Shown: positions 26,259 to 41,948 of the stretch, one piece after another | How positions within the stretch are numbered: position 1 is the first letter of the stretch | How the letters are laid out: the number at the start of each line of letters is the position of its first letter | Source of the DNA: Octopus vulgaris | Taxonomy: Eukaryota | NCBI GenBank assembly: GCA_951406725.2 | Contig: OX597825.1 | Span: 47,678,001-47,742,000 of the forward strand | Direction: 5' to 3' | Length of the DNA stretch: 64,000 nucleotides | Made by a program: the position numbers and the translations under genes | The notes under the pieces: model-generated | Databases searched by the model: none | Told to the model about the DNA's origin: nothing | Seen by the model: only the letters and a program-made list of their open reading frames with translations

Positions 26259-27799
26259 CTAGCATTATGACCCGGCAACGCCGGGTCATAGTGCTAGTGC
26301 ATGTATATATGCATACATATTACATGTACATTTACACATAAAATACAAAATACAAAGTTATATCTTGATATCGCTAGTGATAACAATACTCAAAATATAT
26401 AACATATTGGAATTGCAGGCCCGTCTCTTGCAATTTCAATCAATTGTATCTTGTCCTCCCTCTTGTATAGAAGTGTGGCTAAAATCCAGCCTACCTGTAC
26501 TTCTGGGGGGACATTTTAAATTTTTATCCGGGACGTCCTACGTCCCAGATATAAAGGTAAAAGTAAAATATTTCCACTTTGGAAGGTTCGAGTCGAGTAC
26601 TCCCTTCCACGCTCCGTTGACTCGAACCTTGCTTCTATTGTGGCGAATTTACCGCCTAAGACACTTTTCGATGGTGCTTTCCTCCAGGTGTTCAAATCTT
26701 TTTTTTCTCTGCATTGTATACTTTATAGACAATAGTCTTTTCTTTAATTTAATTTTTTATTTCGTTTGGTGGTGTTATCCTAGATTCACCGTCTTTGTCG
26801 GTGATTAATCCGAAATAGGTTTGTATTTCTTCCATTTTAATTTTAATGAGTTCACGCTCGCCGACGGCGGCAGCGAAATTCATTTTTGGACTTTCTTCTA
26901 TCGAAGGCATTTTAACAAAAATGCTTCCGTATAAACGGTGAAAATATTGTCAATTTCTCCAAACAGGGACACAATTCAATTTTTAAACAATAACCAAAGC
27001 TCCTTCCCCCAAAGGGGGACGGCTACTGTTTACAATTATTTAACAAATGCAACACAACAAAGTTTCCCTTACGAGGAACCAACAAACGTGATAACAATAG
27101 TTAAACAGTAATAATAATAACAACAAACCTTACGGTGAATCAAAAAGCAGTACGCAGTTGAAGCTATAGTCCTTTATGTATAAGAAATAAACCAACAGCA
27201 GTACTCAGTAGAAGCGGCTGTTCGAGAAAACAGACATTACATACAGCCAAGCTTCATATAGATACTTAATGCTAGCTAATTAGCAGATAATCTAATGTAA
27301 AAGATGTGGTAAACGGTATGTGCACACCTCCATCTGGACTATTCCATTTCTGCGCATTAATTTTATTTTTAATTTATTCCCATTCATGTGAAACCACTTA
27401 TTCAAGTTCAGGTCATTGATACAATTTTATACCAATTGCTATTTTTACTTTTGTTATGTTAGGATTATATTATACTATAGTTTGATTTTAATTATTACTT
27501 ACTACATATAATTCAATTGTTAATATTATCTCTAATTTTTATTGTTAAAGTGAATGTATCTGACATAAAATAGAGAAATGTTTTTGTTTCACTTTTAACA
27601 CGTAATACTGAAATATTGGAGAAGATATGATATTGCTGTGGGCTTGCCCTAGGCAAGAAGTTGAACATTGTTTTTGCCCATGAAACTACATGGACCCTAA
27701 GTAAGGCACGTGTAAAATTTGAATGAAATTGGTAGTGTAGCTCTCAAGTTTTAGGGAAACAGACAGACAGACACACATTCTCAGTTTTATATATATAGA
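26259..27799 (-). mobile_element. non-autonomous Helitron
   Basis: Minus-strand 5' A|TCTATATATATAAAAC (27799) and 3' GC-rich hairpin gacccggc/gccgggtc followed by CTAG|T (26259). AT target, no TSD. Confidence 0.75.
26395..26910 (-). pseudogene. Tx1/L1-type LINE ORF1 N-terminal fragment inside the Helitron
   Basis: MPSIEESPKMNFAAAVGERELIKIK..KTIVYKVYN..GKFATIEARFES..LPLYLGRRTSRIK..VPPEVQVGWILA, with stops and frameshifts. Confidence 0.5.
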
Positions 27800-28363
27800 T
27801 ACATGTCTGCATGTGTGTGTGGATATGTGTGTATGTATATAGGTATATAAATATACTCATATAAAAGGAATTGTTGTATACAGTGGGCAAGTGCACTACA
27901 AAATACATATGTATATCTAGATGCGCCTCCAAATTGCAATTCTCACAATTAAGTGAGAAATAAAATTGCACCACTGTAGGCAGACCACAGCCCAAAATCC
28001 AGTGAGGACTCCTTGCTTGTACAAAAAATAAATATCACAAACAACGAACCTCACTAGATCCAAAATTCAAAAAGTCTTACCTTACAGTAGAGCCTCTTTC
28101 AGTAACAACTTTCGTCCGCTGCAAACCAGCGTGGCGACGTCTACAGGTGAGTGATAACAATAGTTAAACAGTAATAATAACAACAAACCTTACGGTGAAT
28201 CAAAAAGCAGTACGCAGTTGAAGCTATAGTCCTTTATGTATAAGAAATAAACCAACAGCAGTACTCAGTAGAAGCGGCTGTTCGAGAAAACAGACATTAC
28301 ATACGACCAAACTTCATATAGATACTTAATGCTAGCTAATTAGCAGATAATCTAATGTAAAAG
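27088..28363. repeat. ~215-bp near-identical direct repeat (27088-27303 and 28151-28363)
   Basis: gtgataacaatagttaaacagt...gcagataatctaatgtaaaag is present twice with very few differences. Confidence 0.9.
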
Positions 28364-28389
28364 CCACACAACCACAGCTGTACCTATAC

Positions 28390-28612
28390 GCTTTTTTATT
28401 CAAGCTGCAAAATTTCACAAAAACTGTTACTCAGAGTTTCACGTACCCCTTTGTCGGACAGTTATGATCAAGTGTCCTGATTACAACTGTCCTATGAACG
28501 GAGACGTGAAACTCCGAGTAAGTTTTTGTGATGTTTTGCAGCTTTAAAAAAAGCATATTACCTTTAGTGTTTGAGTACTATTTTCTCCATCTTGTTTTGC
28601 ATTTTTTACTTG

Positions 28613-28615
<3 letters not shown>
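28390..28615. mobile_element. diverged copy of the 26.1-kb hammerhead hairpin element, opposite orientation
   Basis: ctgttactcagagtttcacgt..gtcggacagt and actgtcc..gaacgg..cgtgaaactccgagta. The tail matches the reverse complement of 26010-26090 and ends in (TG)n. Confidence 0.75.
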
Positions 28616-28711
<96 letters not shown>

Positions 28712-28969
28712 GTGTGTGTGTGCGTGTGTGTACAAGAGGTAAGGAACAGAGTAGATACTATCCGGGCCACATATGTTTTATAGCGAGTTGAACCTCGGAA
28801 GTCGTATACACCAAGCGAGATTTATACCGCAGGTTACTTACTTCTCAGGCCAAGGGTATCTTGATTAAATGAAGTTTATATTGTCGTAAAGAGGTACATG
28901 TCAAAGCAAGGACGATTCGATCAGAATATATAGAGAACACGGTTAGATTGGAGAATACATTCCTTAACT

Positions 28970-29290
28970 CCTACTATAGCCTCGGGCCGACCAAAGCCTT
29001 GTGAGTGGATTTGGTAGACGGAAACTGAAAGAAACCCGTCGTATATATGTATATATATATATGTGTGTGTGTGCGTGTATATGTTTGTGCGTCTGTGTTT
29101 GTCCAACCAACATCGCTTGACAACCGATGCTGGTGTGTTTACGTCCCCGTAACATAGCGATTCGGAAAAAGAGACCGATAGAATAAATACTAAGTTTACA
29201 AAGAATAAGCCGTGGGGTCGATTTGCTTGATTAAAGACGGTGCTCCAGCATGGACACACTCAAATGACTGAAAGAAGTAAAAGAGTAAAG
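28970..29290 (+). mobile_element. tRNA-derived CORE-type SINE, 5'-truncated
   Basis: ctactatagcctcgggccgaccaaagccttgtgagtggatttggtagacggaaactgaaag, same family as 46209-46590. Confidence 0.85.
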
Positions 29291-30208
29291 TGTATACATC
29301 GAGCTTTGGATCTTACACACACACATATATATACGCATACATACATGTATTCATATATATACGCATACATACATGTATTCATACATACTTAAAGCCCACA
29401 TACATACACAGGTGCACACAACCATATTGCAAATGCAGTTAATGCAATGAGCTACAAAAATGTATAAATTTAGCGAAATTACACTGCTGGATATGAGGAA
29501 AAATGTTAATTTTAGAAATTGGTTATGTTCATATAGATGACAACCGTTAGAAAATTTCTCCTGTTATTACTTTATACTTAGATGAATTAATATTTAGTCG
29601 TTCATTGAGATACCTATCAATGGGGCGTTGTTTCTGTAGCAGTCACTCAATGTCAGTATCAGAACAGCTGTGAAATACAATCTTAAAGATATCATAAATG
29701 ACAACACTGTAACAGAACGCCCTAGTAAGAGTTGAACTTAGTTTAGAAAAAGAAAAAAAAAAAGAAACGAGAACAGTGAAGCCTTACTTGATATAATCTT
29801 TATCATAATTTCTAATCTTGAATATATTTTACCATCGAAATTATATGAATACGTATCAAAAAAGAAGTAACTTAATTTCATCAGAAACTGTGTATAGATT
29901 TACTTCTGTTATATATTCCATCTGTATCTCCCCGTATTGTCAGTGAGTAATGTATGCATCCGTATATGTGTGTGTGTTGGGAGAGATTATGTGGGTGCAT
30001 GTATATATGTGTGTGCGTGTTTGTGTGTATGTTTGTGTTTTTGTGTGCGTGTGTGTGTGTGTTTATATGTCACTTAATGAATCTAATTCCTTCAAGTTTA
30101 TTTTCAAAGAAATTTCGTTTATGGATTCAAGTATTTTAACGAAGTGTTCTCTTTTAATGATGATGCTAACACGTCAATATTATGATATTAAGATCCTCTC
30201 TCTCCATA

Positions 30209-30281
<73 letters not shown>

Positions 30282-30364
30282 GTTAATACTTTTCGTGTAC
30301 CACGTCCTCGCGTTGATACATATATATTTAATATATACCTACACACACACACACACACACATCT

Positions 30365-32245
30365 CAAACCATATGAATAGCTACGCCTTAGACAGGTTCA
30401 AGAAAGACTTGATAAAGATATTCAAAGAGTTCCGCCTGTCCATAACAGTTACTACCAACCTGACTACGGTCGATTTCTTGGACGTAAACTTAGACCTGAA
30501 AATGGGCAAATACTACCCTTACAGGAAGCCTAATGAAGAAAATGTATATATCCACAAGAGATCAACCCCTACCACAGTAATTGGAAACCTGGTTTCAAGC
30601 ATTGGCAAACGGGTGTCTAAACTCTCACCCAACATGGAATCTTTAATTAAGCCCACCCCCTCCAACGATGCTTTGGCTAGGAGTGAATTTTCTGAGAAGC
30701 TCTCTTATGTGAACGAACCCTAAACCGTCTTTCCTCACCCCTAGTTAATTAGGAAAAGGAAAATAATCCGGTATAACCAATAACCACCCCCATTTAACCT
30801 AGAAGTTTCTACCACGGTAGCCAGTCGCTTCCTATCATAAATAAACATTTCCCCATAGCCCATAAGTATCACAAACTCTTCAACTCTCCTAATGTCAAGG
30901 TAAGCTATGCCTGCTTAGACAACATCTCATATAACGTCGCACGCATCAACAGACGTAAAAGCCCATACACACAACCACCAATCCCAACTTGAAACTTCCG
31001 AAACCCTACCATCTGTCCTCTAGGATGATCCTACTTCTCAAAGGCTGTAGTATACAGAGCCATCCTCACACCATCCGATGGAATGACTTCAAGAGAAGAT
31101 ATATTCCCAGCACTTGTATTCATTTAGAACTCCAAAGAGAAGTCTTCTCTGAAAACTTCGTGACCTCCGAGACGAAACACCTAGCATTAAGTGGATTATT
31201 ATCGACTGGGTGCCACCATATTCATCCAGCTCCCCTAATTGCCAGCTGTGCCTCCTCAAAAAACTGCACATCATCTACCAATCCGTTGTATACATCAACA
31301 AGAAACATGAGGTATCGTATTGCTGTCACCAGAGGTACACCCTTCTGGTAAATTTCAAGTCACTGGCCGTCTACAACCCTGATATATCACCTTAATACCA
31401 GCCATTTCTAGCACAGCCTGCACCAAAGTCGCCGTCACGAATTAATCACCATGAACAGCAACGCAAATTACTAATTCCCAACACTTCTCTATGTCTGTTT
31501 ACCCGCGTACTCTCACTCCTTGTACACTTACCCTTGAGCATGCCCATACGAGTATATAAGCGCGCGTATGCGTGGGTGCAAATGTGCATCTGCAAATGTG
31601 CATCTGCTTACCGTATGTATGCGCACGAATGTGTGTGCACGGATGAGTGTGCACGGGCGTACATGATCACGTCGATATACGTGTGCATTGGTTCGTGTGA
31701 ATGTATACATACGTGCACGCTTCTGTGCATGCGTGCGTGTGTGTGCGCTCGTGTGCATATGTACATGAAGATAAAGGTGTGAACACGCGCGTGTGTGTGT
31801 GCCCGTGTACGTGTGGATATGAGTGCGTTTGTGTCTTCGTGTGCGTGTGAGTGTGTGTGCGTGCACTCGCGCAGACGTGTGAATACATCTAAGCAGACAT
31901 ACATACATGTATAAGTACAGATGCTTAAACGCAGATATATGGGTACAACATGTACACATATATACCCCCACATCTACTATCTCTTCCTACTTCCTTCCAA
32001 CTACAAGACCGATTTCTTGTCCACCGCGCGGTCGGTTTCCTTTTCACCATCGGTGTTTTCAAACTATAACCTTTCCTGACTAACCGCAGGCTAACGTCCA
32101 CTAGTAAACATTGGATTTTTTCAATCGATCTCTCATTCAGACCCCAATAGCCGAAGACTGGCCACTCGCTTGAAACTCAGAGTACCAAAGAGTCTGAATC
32201 AAACTGTTCTGATCTCCTTCTTTTGCTTGTCTATTCACTCGTGTA
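30365..32245 (+). mobile_element. Penelope-like element (probably Nematis-type), 5'-truncated: RT C-terminus, EN and pLTR
   Basis: KKDLIKIFKEF.LSITVTTN..VDFLDVNLDL..PYRKPN..YIHKRS, then RKIIRYN.PPF, NVKVSYAC and PYSSSSPNCQLCLLKK. The 3' pLTR has a degenerate hammerhead ending GAAACTCAGAGTA (~32173). Confidence 0.85.
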
Positions 32246-32273
32246 TGTGTGTGTGTGTATGTATGTATGTATG

Positions 32274-32366
<93 letters not shown>

Positions 32367-32914
32367 GCGAAGAAAAAGAAAATGAAGATTGGGAAGCTAA
32401 TTACTGTTTGTTATTAACAACAAATCAATCATCATCCCTTTCAGCAGTTTCAGTTAATGCTCAGGGAATTAATTAACTATTAAATTCATATGCCCTGTTT
32501 ATAATATCTTCAGGCGGAAAAAATATACATTTGGATGTTTTATATATGTTTATGGATTAATTATAGCAGACTGAATGATACTTTTTATGATTTGCATTTT
32601 TATATGTTAGGGTGAGGGGTTTGCAGGTTCGTTGAAGATAAGATAGAGTAGGTAAATGGAATTAGAGTAATGAATCAATCAAATATAGATGATAGAGGTA
32701 ATTTAAACATAAAGAAGGTAAGAATGTAATATACTTTTATAAGGTATAAATAAAGTTAAGAAAATTTGTATATATGCAAGTACGCAAGCATACACATACA
32801 CACATACATACATTCAGTATCATTCAGTGCGCTTTAATGAATTCCATAAGCATATTTAAAACATCCAAAGATATATTTTTTTGTGCCTAAAGATATTATG
32901 CTCTGGGCATATGA

Positions 32915-33185
<271 letters not shown>

Positions 33186-33192
33186 GTTATTA

Positions 33193-33242
<50 letters not shown>

Positions 33243-33499
33243 GTTATATATATATATATATTATTATTATATATATATATATATATATAGATAAATAAAT
33301 AGATAGATAGATAGATAGATATAGATATAGATATGTGTGTGTGTGTGTGTGTGTGTATGAGTATAACACCATATAGTTTATATTCATATAAAAGAAGTAA
33401 AAGAAAATGGAGATTTGGAAGTTGATAATAGTTTTTTACTAACAACAAATCAATTAATGCTCTGTGAATTAATTAAATATAGTTCATATAGTTCTATTA

Positions 33500-33897
<398 letters not shown>

Positions 33898-34547
33898 TAT
33901 ATATATATATACCTATTATTTTAAGGAAATTGATTCCTCCAAAATAATAGGTACTGAACCAGTACCTATCTTAGATGACACCATCCCTTCATGAGGCTAA
34001 CATAACCTCTAATCGAATATATATATATCAATAAGGCGCAAATAATGCACGAGAAAAAATAATTCTCAGGAGAAAATAATTGCAAAGATATCATTGACTC
34101 TGTTATTATATAGTATAACAATTTAAAAATGACAATAGAATTAATAATTTATAGGCGATCGCAGGCCCCAAAATGCATTAGATAAGAGTTTTGACTGTTA
34201 TTTCCAGAAGGTAGTCCTTTGATTAATTTTAATACACGTGTGTGTGTATGTATGTGTGTGTATGAGTGGTAAGTAGAGTGTTGCACACACGAGATCGTAG
34301 GTTCTATTCCTAGACCAGGCGGTACGTTGTGCTCTTGTATGAAGGAATTTAATATCACATTGCTCTGTGGTCACAAGGTCATTTGATATGTGGCACATCG
34401 TGCACCTGTACAGGGAATGTGGATTTCATGGAGGAATATGAGCTTGTGTTTGGCAGAAACATTTGAGCACTATAAACAGATCTGTGCAGGTTGTCCATTA
34501 AGACATTGCAGTACAGTCTTTCACAGACTCAAGAGACTACCATTAAC

Positions 34548-34653
<106 letters not shown>

Positions 34654-36224
34654 TAGTTATCTATCTATCTACATATACGTATATACATGTATACTTATAC
34701 AAGTATATATATATGTATGTGTGTTTGTGTGTTAAATACTTGCATAATATATTGCTAAATACTCTATTACCTCCCCAAAATATTCACTAGTGGAACTTTC
34801 ATAATCTGTTTTATATACTGAGATTGAGGTATATCAAAAATGCTTGATGAGAAGTGTGTCAGTGAAAATACTCAACATTTGTGATAAATATATTATCACA
34901 TACATACTTGGATGAACTGATGAACTGCAAAGGTCATTGAACAAGAAAGCTTAACTAATTAATCACAGCTGCTCTGAATTTTCATTTCTTTATGGTTCAA
35001 CCAAGATATTATTGGGAGTATTGGCGGTTAGAGTTCATCACATATTGTGGAATAGCTCTTGACAAGTGTTCCATCGTCTTACTCTGATAAATGAAATACT
35101 TAGCAAGAAAGAGATGCTGGGACATTTTACACAACTATCAGCATCTTAAGAATCTCGGTCTGTCTCTCCCCTTCTCTCTTGCTTTCTCTGTTATAGAAAA
35201 GCACACTTATTTAAAGCACTACTAAGATATGAATAGAGTGGGAGCTATTTAACGTAGTACTTGATTGCTTTACAGTATCTGCACTGAATATAACCATGAA
35301 CTATGCTTCTTCTGTTTCGAATGTGAAATAAAGGCTGATCGAGTGGATACAAATTAAATATATTTAATAAGGATTGCTGTGCCATCCCAATTGTAAGTAT
35401 ATGAACCGATGACTGCGATATTAAACTGCCTGTGTCTAGCGATTCGTATTACATTATGGATTTATTGCGTGTGTTCATGAATATAATACTGGCATTGTGG
35501 TTTGTAAACATTTGGTTAAAATAATTCTTGAAAATTATAGCTTATATAATTGATTAACAAAAAAAAGAAGTAATTTACAACTCAAAAATCATAGTATTAA
35601 ATCATCTTTTTACGGCTACACACAATATATATTCAGGAACAATCTACTTCACACCAAACGCGTTTCGTGTTTTATAAAAAAAAAGATTAGAGAACGATGT
35701 ACTTGAGACTTTACAATGTTGATCTCCAGAGTGTCAGAGTTAACTCGACTCTTTTATCTAAGTAAGTCAATAAAATAAACAGCAGGTATATGCTGCCATA
35801 ACAAGTGAAATCCTTAAGAGATAGGTGTGATGAAAAACTCTTATCATTGTAGATGTTATAATGTAAATGGTAAAAATTTAAAAGCGGAGGGGTTTGCTTT
35901 CTAATGAAAATTACGGCTCTTGTGTTAATCTATTTGGTGTCAAGAATTCTCTTGTATGAAACTTACAGATCAAACCACATGATAATGTGCTAGGGCCTGT
36001 TATCATCAAGTGATATATAAGTGTAAACATTTTTGTCAATAGGTGATAGAAAAGTGTAAACAATTATATTACAAAGTGATAGACAGGCGAAAAGTAACTC
36101 AGTTCTACTTTAAAGCCAACTTCTGAATTTTATCCTCAAAATATCCTATTACATTCCTCAAACAGTTTTTGTTTTTACATGAATAGTGTCTGGATACCGT
36201 AAATTAAGATTAAATTCTCATTCA

Positions 36225-36830
<606 letters not shown>

Positions 36831-37218
36831 TCTCATTGCATACTTATCAGTGAAACAATAGGTCTGCAATGAAAATGTTTGCAGAGAGTTCTCAAATATC
36901 GAAATAAGTATTTAATATGAATTGCTTAATGAGTAGGAAAGCCAAACCCATAGCCTTTACGGCCCTCACCCCAGACGTGAGAGACCTTGTTAAAGTAAAT
37001 TTATAGGGATGGAGTTATCGCCACAAGCGAAATTGAGTTATTTTAATAAAAACACTTAAGTCATGTGTCTAGTAACTGAAGAATGGACAATTTGAATCGT
37101 TATCCTATGTTAGGACATTTAAGAGAGTTAACTAATATGTCTTTTATTAACTTGGTTAAACGTGTAAAAAACTGCACATGACTAGATGACATATCGAAAA
37201 GCCCGTGCACAAACATAT

Positions 37219-37255
<37 letters not shown>

Positions 37256-37339
37256 ATCTATCTAGCTTTCTATCTATCTATATACAAAAACCTAAGATTA
37301 ATTACCGTCATTATGTCTTGTCTAGCTTAGCATCGTCAT

Positions 37340-38010
37340 CAAGTGAAGCTGTAAGTCATATTTTGAGGCGCTATTGCCTACTTGAGTTGGAGCTACTGTT
37401 GGACAAAGTTTATCCATATGTCGGGAGTTCTGGTTTTTCTTAAAAGAATTTGTCCAAGTATCGTTTGAGAGTTATAAGGTATTCTGTTATAATTTCATTC
37501 GGGATAATGTGTATATAGCAAGATCATCTGAGATACAAAAAAAAAAAAAAGAGTCGCAGTGTTTTTATGGAATGTGAACTCGAGTTTTGTAGGATGGAGT
37601 GAATGGAATAGGATCCAAGCCTTGGGTGGCATCATTTGGAGCATGTTGATGGAAAATTCCCCTTGTTGAACAAATGATGTATCGCTCTCGGTGGATTAGA
37701 CAGAATAAAGTGTTCTTTTAACAAATCCCATTAATCAAGGCCCTTCACGTTATTTATTTATGCGTGTATTTTAGTAAATGACCTTTGGATTGCTTCAGAA
37801 ACCAGAATGGACAACATCATTCAAAGTGAAATCAATCAAAAGTATAGGATAGAAGGATGATGACATCATGATACGTAGACTGGAAATTTCTAAGAACTTG
37901 TTTTGTAAGCCACATCGTCTATATTGTTGATGTGTGCACTCCAGCTTAGGTTGCTGTTCACAATTATACCTGAGTCACTGATATTTGACGACTAGTGGGA
38001 CCCGTGGATA
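37340..38010 (-). pseudogene. CR1/L2-type LINE RT C-terminal fragment
   Basis: DSGIIVNSNLSWSAHINNI..SEAIQRSFTKI..RERYIIC pattern. Confidence 0.6.
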
Positions 38011-39125
38011 TTCGACAAAACAAAAAAGATTAATAGAAGCTATTTAAGAAAGGAAGTACGATTCACATTTTAATTTTTATTTTGCTAAGTTATTTTACTT
38101 CCAGTCACAATAATATATTATATTATATAATTTTCCCTCCAGCTAAGCCCTTTATATTTCTCTCTTTCTCTCTATCTTTTCAACAAACTTTTTAACCATG
38201 TAATTCCCCGCTTCTTGTCTTTAAAATTCTCCTCTTTCTCCTCACCTCTCACTTCGACTAACCACATTAGTAACAGCATAATGCATCGGCTGGCTATCTG
38301 CTCTTTCACTCACTCTCACGTTCCTTCTTCCCCTCTCTCTCACTCACTCTCACGTTCCTTCTTCCCCTCTCTCTCACTCACTGCCCCTTCTCCTCCTCAT
38401 CCTCTCTAACAAACTATAACATTATTCTTCTACAAACAAGTACAATAATAATACTACGGATCTAGTTCAATAACAAAAATATTTTTCACTATCAGCACAC
38501 CATCACCACCACTACCACCATCATCATTACTATAGCTTTCAGTAAACAAAGCTCATTTCATTTCGTTTCAGTTCAGTTGTTTGTTTATATCTAATCTTCC
38601 TTGCTGTCATTGTATTTCTACTCTGACAATACAAATGCTATCTACCCCTCTCTCTCTCTCGTAATGTAACTGCTTCCACTGACCATCTCCCTCTATCTAC
38701 TTTTCTTTTACCTCACCATCAGAACATCACTCTCTACTAAATATTGTATCCTAAACATATCTCTTCCTTTTTACCGTTCCCTCCTCAGGCTACCGTACGC
38801 CATTAACACTTCTCTTTCCTTCTTTCTCTTACTGTCTTTTTCTATCGCTCTTCACATCTCCCTTCAACTAACCAGGTAATACATTTAGCCTTTGCGTATT
38901 ATACTTTTCTCTTTGTTCTTCTCCACTCACATTCCTCCCCTCTTTCTCACTTTTATTCCACCTCGCACTCACTTCATTTTCATCTTCTAACCAGCTAAAG
39001 TAACAAACGAAAAAGCAGATTATATAGATACTAGAGGCTCTCCCGAAGGAGCGAGAAGAACTAGTTAATTACATCCTCTTCTCTAAATCATCGATGTGGA
39101 TGAGCTTAAATTTCCCCTCGTTTGG

Positions 39126-39185
<60 letters not shown>

Positions 39186-39239
39186 TGTGTGTGTATGTGT
39201 GTGTGTGCGTGTGTGTGTGTCTGTTAGTCTTATGGCGAC

Positions 39240-40120
39240 TTGTGTTGAGGAGCATGTGACTGAAAACTTCATCTAATGTGATTGATCTGCTACAATTCTT
39301 ACTGTTCCTGTCCGACAGATCCTTGTGCATTTGAGGAGCTCCGGAAGTATCCGGCACCAAGTTTCTTACACCGGTCCTTTCCTCGCTTTCCTTTATTCAC
39401 TGTCCATGTCATTGCCGTCTTTGTATGCCAAATAGCTGCCAGATTCAAAGTGTCACCTATCAGGTGAAACTAAGGCAGTATCATGATGTTTTGTAGAAGA
39501 ATTTTGTAGAAAATACTTCACAGGATTTTCTCTTTGGTAATACTTTCTCTTCATGTGATTTTGAAGGTCGTCCGTAGACATCGTCAGTGGAACTGTTCAG
39601 CTTCTTGATCCCCTTCAATGATATTTTCCGTGTTTTACTCGCATACTGAACTGTTGGTTGAACTATTGCACTATATCGCCGAATGTTCTTGACCCTAGCC
39701 GTTGCTTAGATTTGGCACATATGCTGTCAAATTCTGCTATTTACATCGATTTTATGCTTCATTTACCACTGATCGAATTGCCTGCTCTGGTGGAGAAATT
39801 ATCCATTTCTTTCACAGTTTGCTGTTTGATGAATATGGAAGATTAAGCGTGGAAGTAATCTGCATCCCGTTGACCTCTTTCACAGCTAATTCGGTCTTTC
39901 ATGTGCGTTTTCATTCAGCTCATCTCATGCTTCTACCACCAGTGTGATGTCATCAGCAAAGGCCTGGTCACAAAGCTTTTATATTTGCCTTCACACAGTC
40001 CTGCAGTGAGCCCATTTATTACAAACTTAATTAAGAGCAGGAAGAAAAGGAGCTATACGACGCAGTTCTGACAGACGCTAGTAATGATCAGCATTGTTAG
40101 TAACTGTTCTTAAACAGCAT
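39240..40120 (-). pseudogene. RTE-type LINE RT fragment
   Basis: DQAFADDITL near 39960 and RCLRT.FKIT..ITKEKIL near 39570. Confidence 0.6.
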
Positions 40121-40584
40121 CATATAGATATCACACACACACATACACACACAGATATTCCTCACCATACCTGTTTTCGCCCTCCATAATATTTTTCTCC
40201 TTCCACTCTACTTCAACTTCTGTAATTGTTCTCTCTTCTACCTATAATACATTAGCGACAGAAGTAACAGCAATAATTTGGATTCACATAGTATAGTAGT
40301 AGTGATAGAAAATTTCATGTAGTTCCTTGACAAATATTTACTTTAAATCTTCTAGATTTTGAATGGTATTCCTCATTGTACTTCTAGTATGAAAGTGACT
40401 ATTGATTCCAGCTATATAAAGTTGAAATTAAATTATAAAAAAATGCTCTGCCATCTTGTCAGTTCAGCTTGTGCAGCAAACTGGCTCTTGTATCACTTTC
40501 CTTAATTTCAAATTGATTGTAAGTTATTTTAATCATTTTTTTTTTTTTAGCAAATTTGATTTTATGACTATATGATATACAAAT

Positions 40585-40790
40585 CCTTTTTATTATAGTT
40601 ACAAGGACTGAAACATTGGGGAAAAGAACTAGTCGATTACATCAACCCCAATGCTCAAATGATACTTACTTGATCGACCCCGAAAGGATGAAAAGCAAAG
40701 TCGTCTTCGACCGAATTAGAAATCTGAATGTAAAGACGGACGAAATGCCGCTAAACATTTCATCGGGTGTGCTAACAAATCCGCCGGCTT
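40585..40790 (-). mobile_element. Meta-like tRNA SINE copy
   Basis: tagtcgattacatc..cgaccccgaaaggatgaaaagcaaagtcg. Confidence 0.8.
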
Positions 40791-41897
40791 TATATAATAT
40801 ATAAATGAATTATGTTATAGCAATTCTTGATAAAGATTGCAACATTTTAGTTTGATGTCAAAACATGATAACAGTCAGATAACAATTAGATATCGTTTGG
40901 CTGGAGTTTATCAGTTATCTAAGACCTAGAGTTGCCATGGACACCGGGTATTTACCAAGGTTTTCTTTATCGTTCCTCAGACCGGAATAAAAATGAAAAC
41001 ACGACTCTAATTACAGAACACGTCACTGTTTACGATGATAATTCTGAAAAATAGGTCGACTTTCAGTAAATTTTTTATTAGATGTTAATTCTCTCTACAG
41101 TGTTGTGAGGCATTCCATTTTACACCCATTTATTACAAAACTGAAGAGCTAATTTGTCTTAGAATAACTAAGTATGTCCGGTAAAAATTTAACTAGGTAT
41201 CTCAGTAGGAAAGTGTATATAAAATGCATAAACAAATTTGTATACACGTATAGAATTATAAGTTTACAAGCAAGATTTTAGCATAAATGTTATAAACAGT
41301 TTACGCGAACATGGATCAGAAAGAGAACAAGTCTTGAGATGTTGAAGCGATTAGATCACAGGGTGTTATCCTCCCCAAGTTACATTATGATAAATGTTTT
41401 ACTGATAGAAACCAACTTAAATCATATTGGTTTCTCTATTAATCTGTATTTCACCCCATACGGATAAGCATTTAACAGTAAAATAAAAGATCATCGCCTT
41501 AAACCTTATTTTACGATTCAACTTAGATTTAGTAACGATAAAGTCAGAGATCATTAGATGGAGATTAAGTCAGCGATCACATGGTGAGCTGAGGTGGCCG
41601 ATTAGAATTAGTGAAGAAATATAAGCACACATTACGAGAGTAAAGTAACAAGCTAAATACTTCACATTAATCAAATCTTCATGCTTCTGTATCTGTACAG
41701 ACTAGATGAAAGACTTAAGAAACAGTAGTATTATGATGATAGGAACTCGATGAAATATATTAGTTCGAACATATCTTTCGTTTTACTCTATAAACAACTA
41801 TTCTCCTTAGGTTTAAAGAACAAGTCATTATCAAAACACCAGAAAAATTAGTAATAATAAGAAACTGGACACATAATTATTTCTCCCTTTCTCTTTC

Positions 41898-41948
<51 letters not shown>

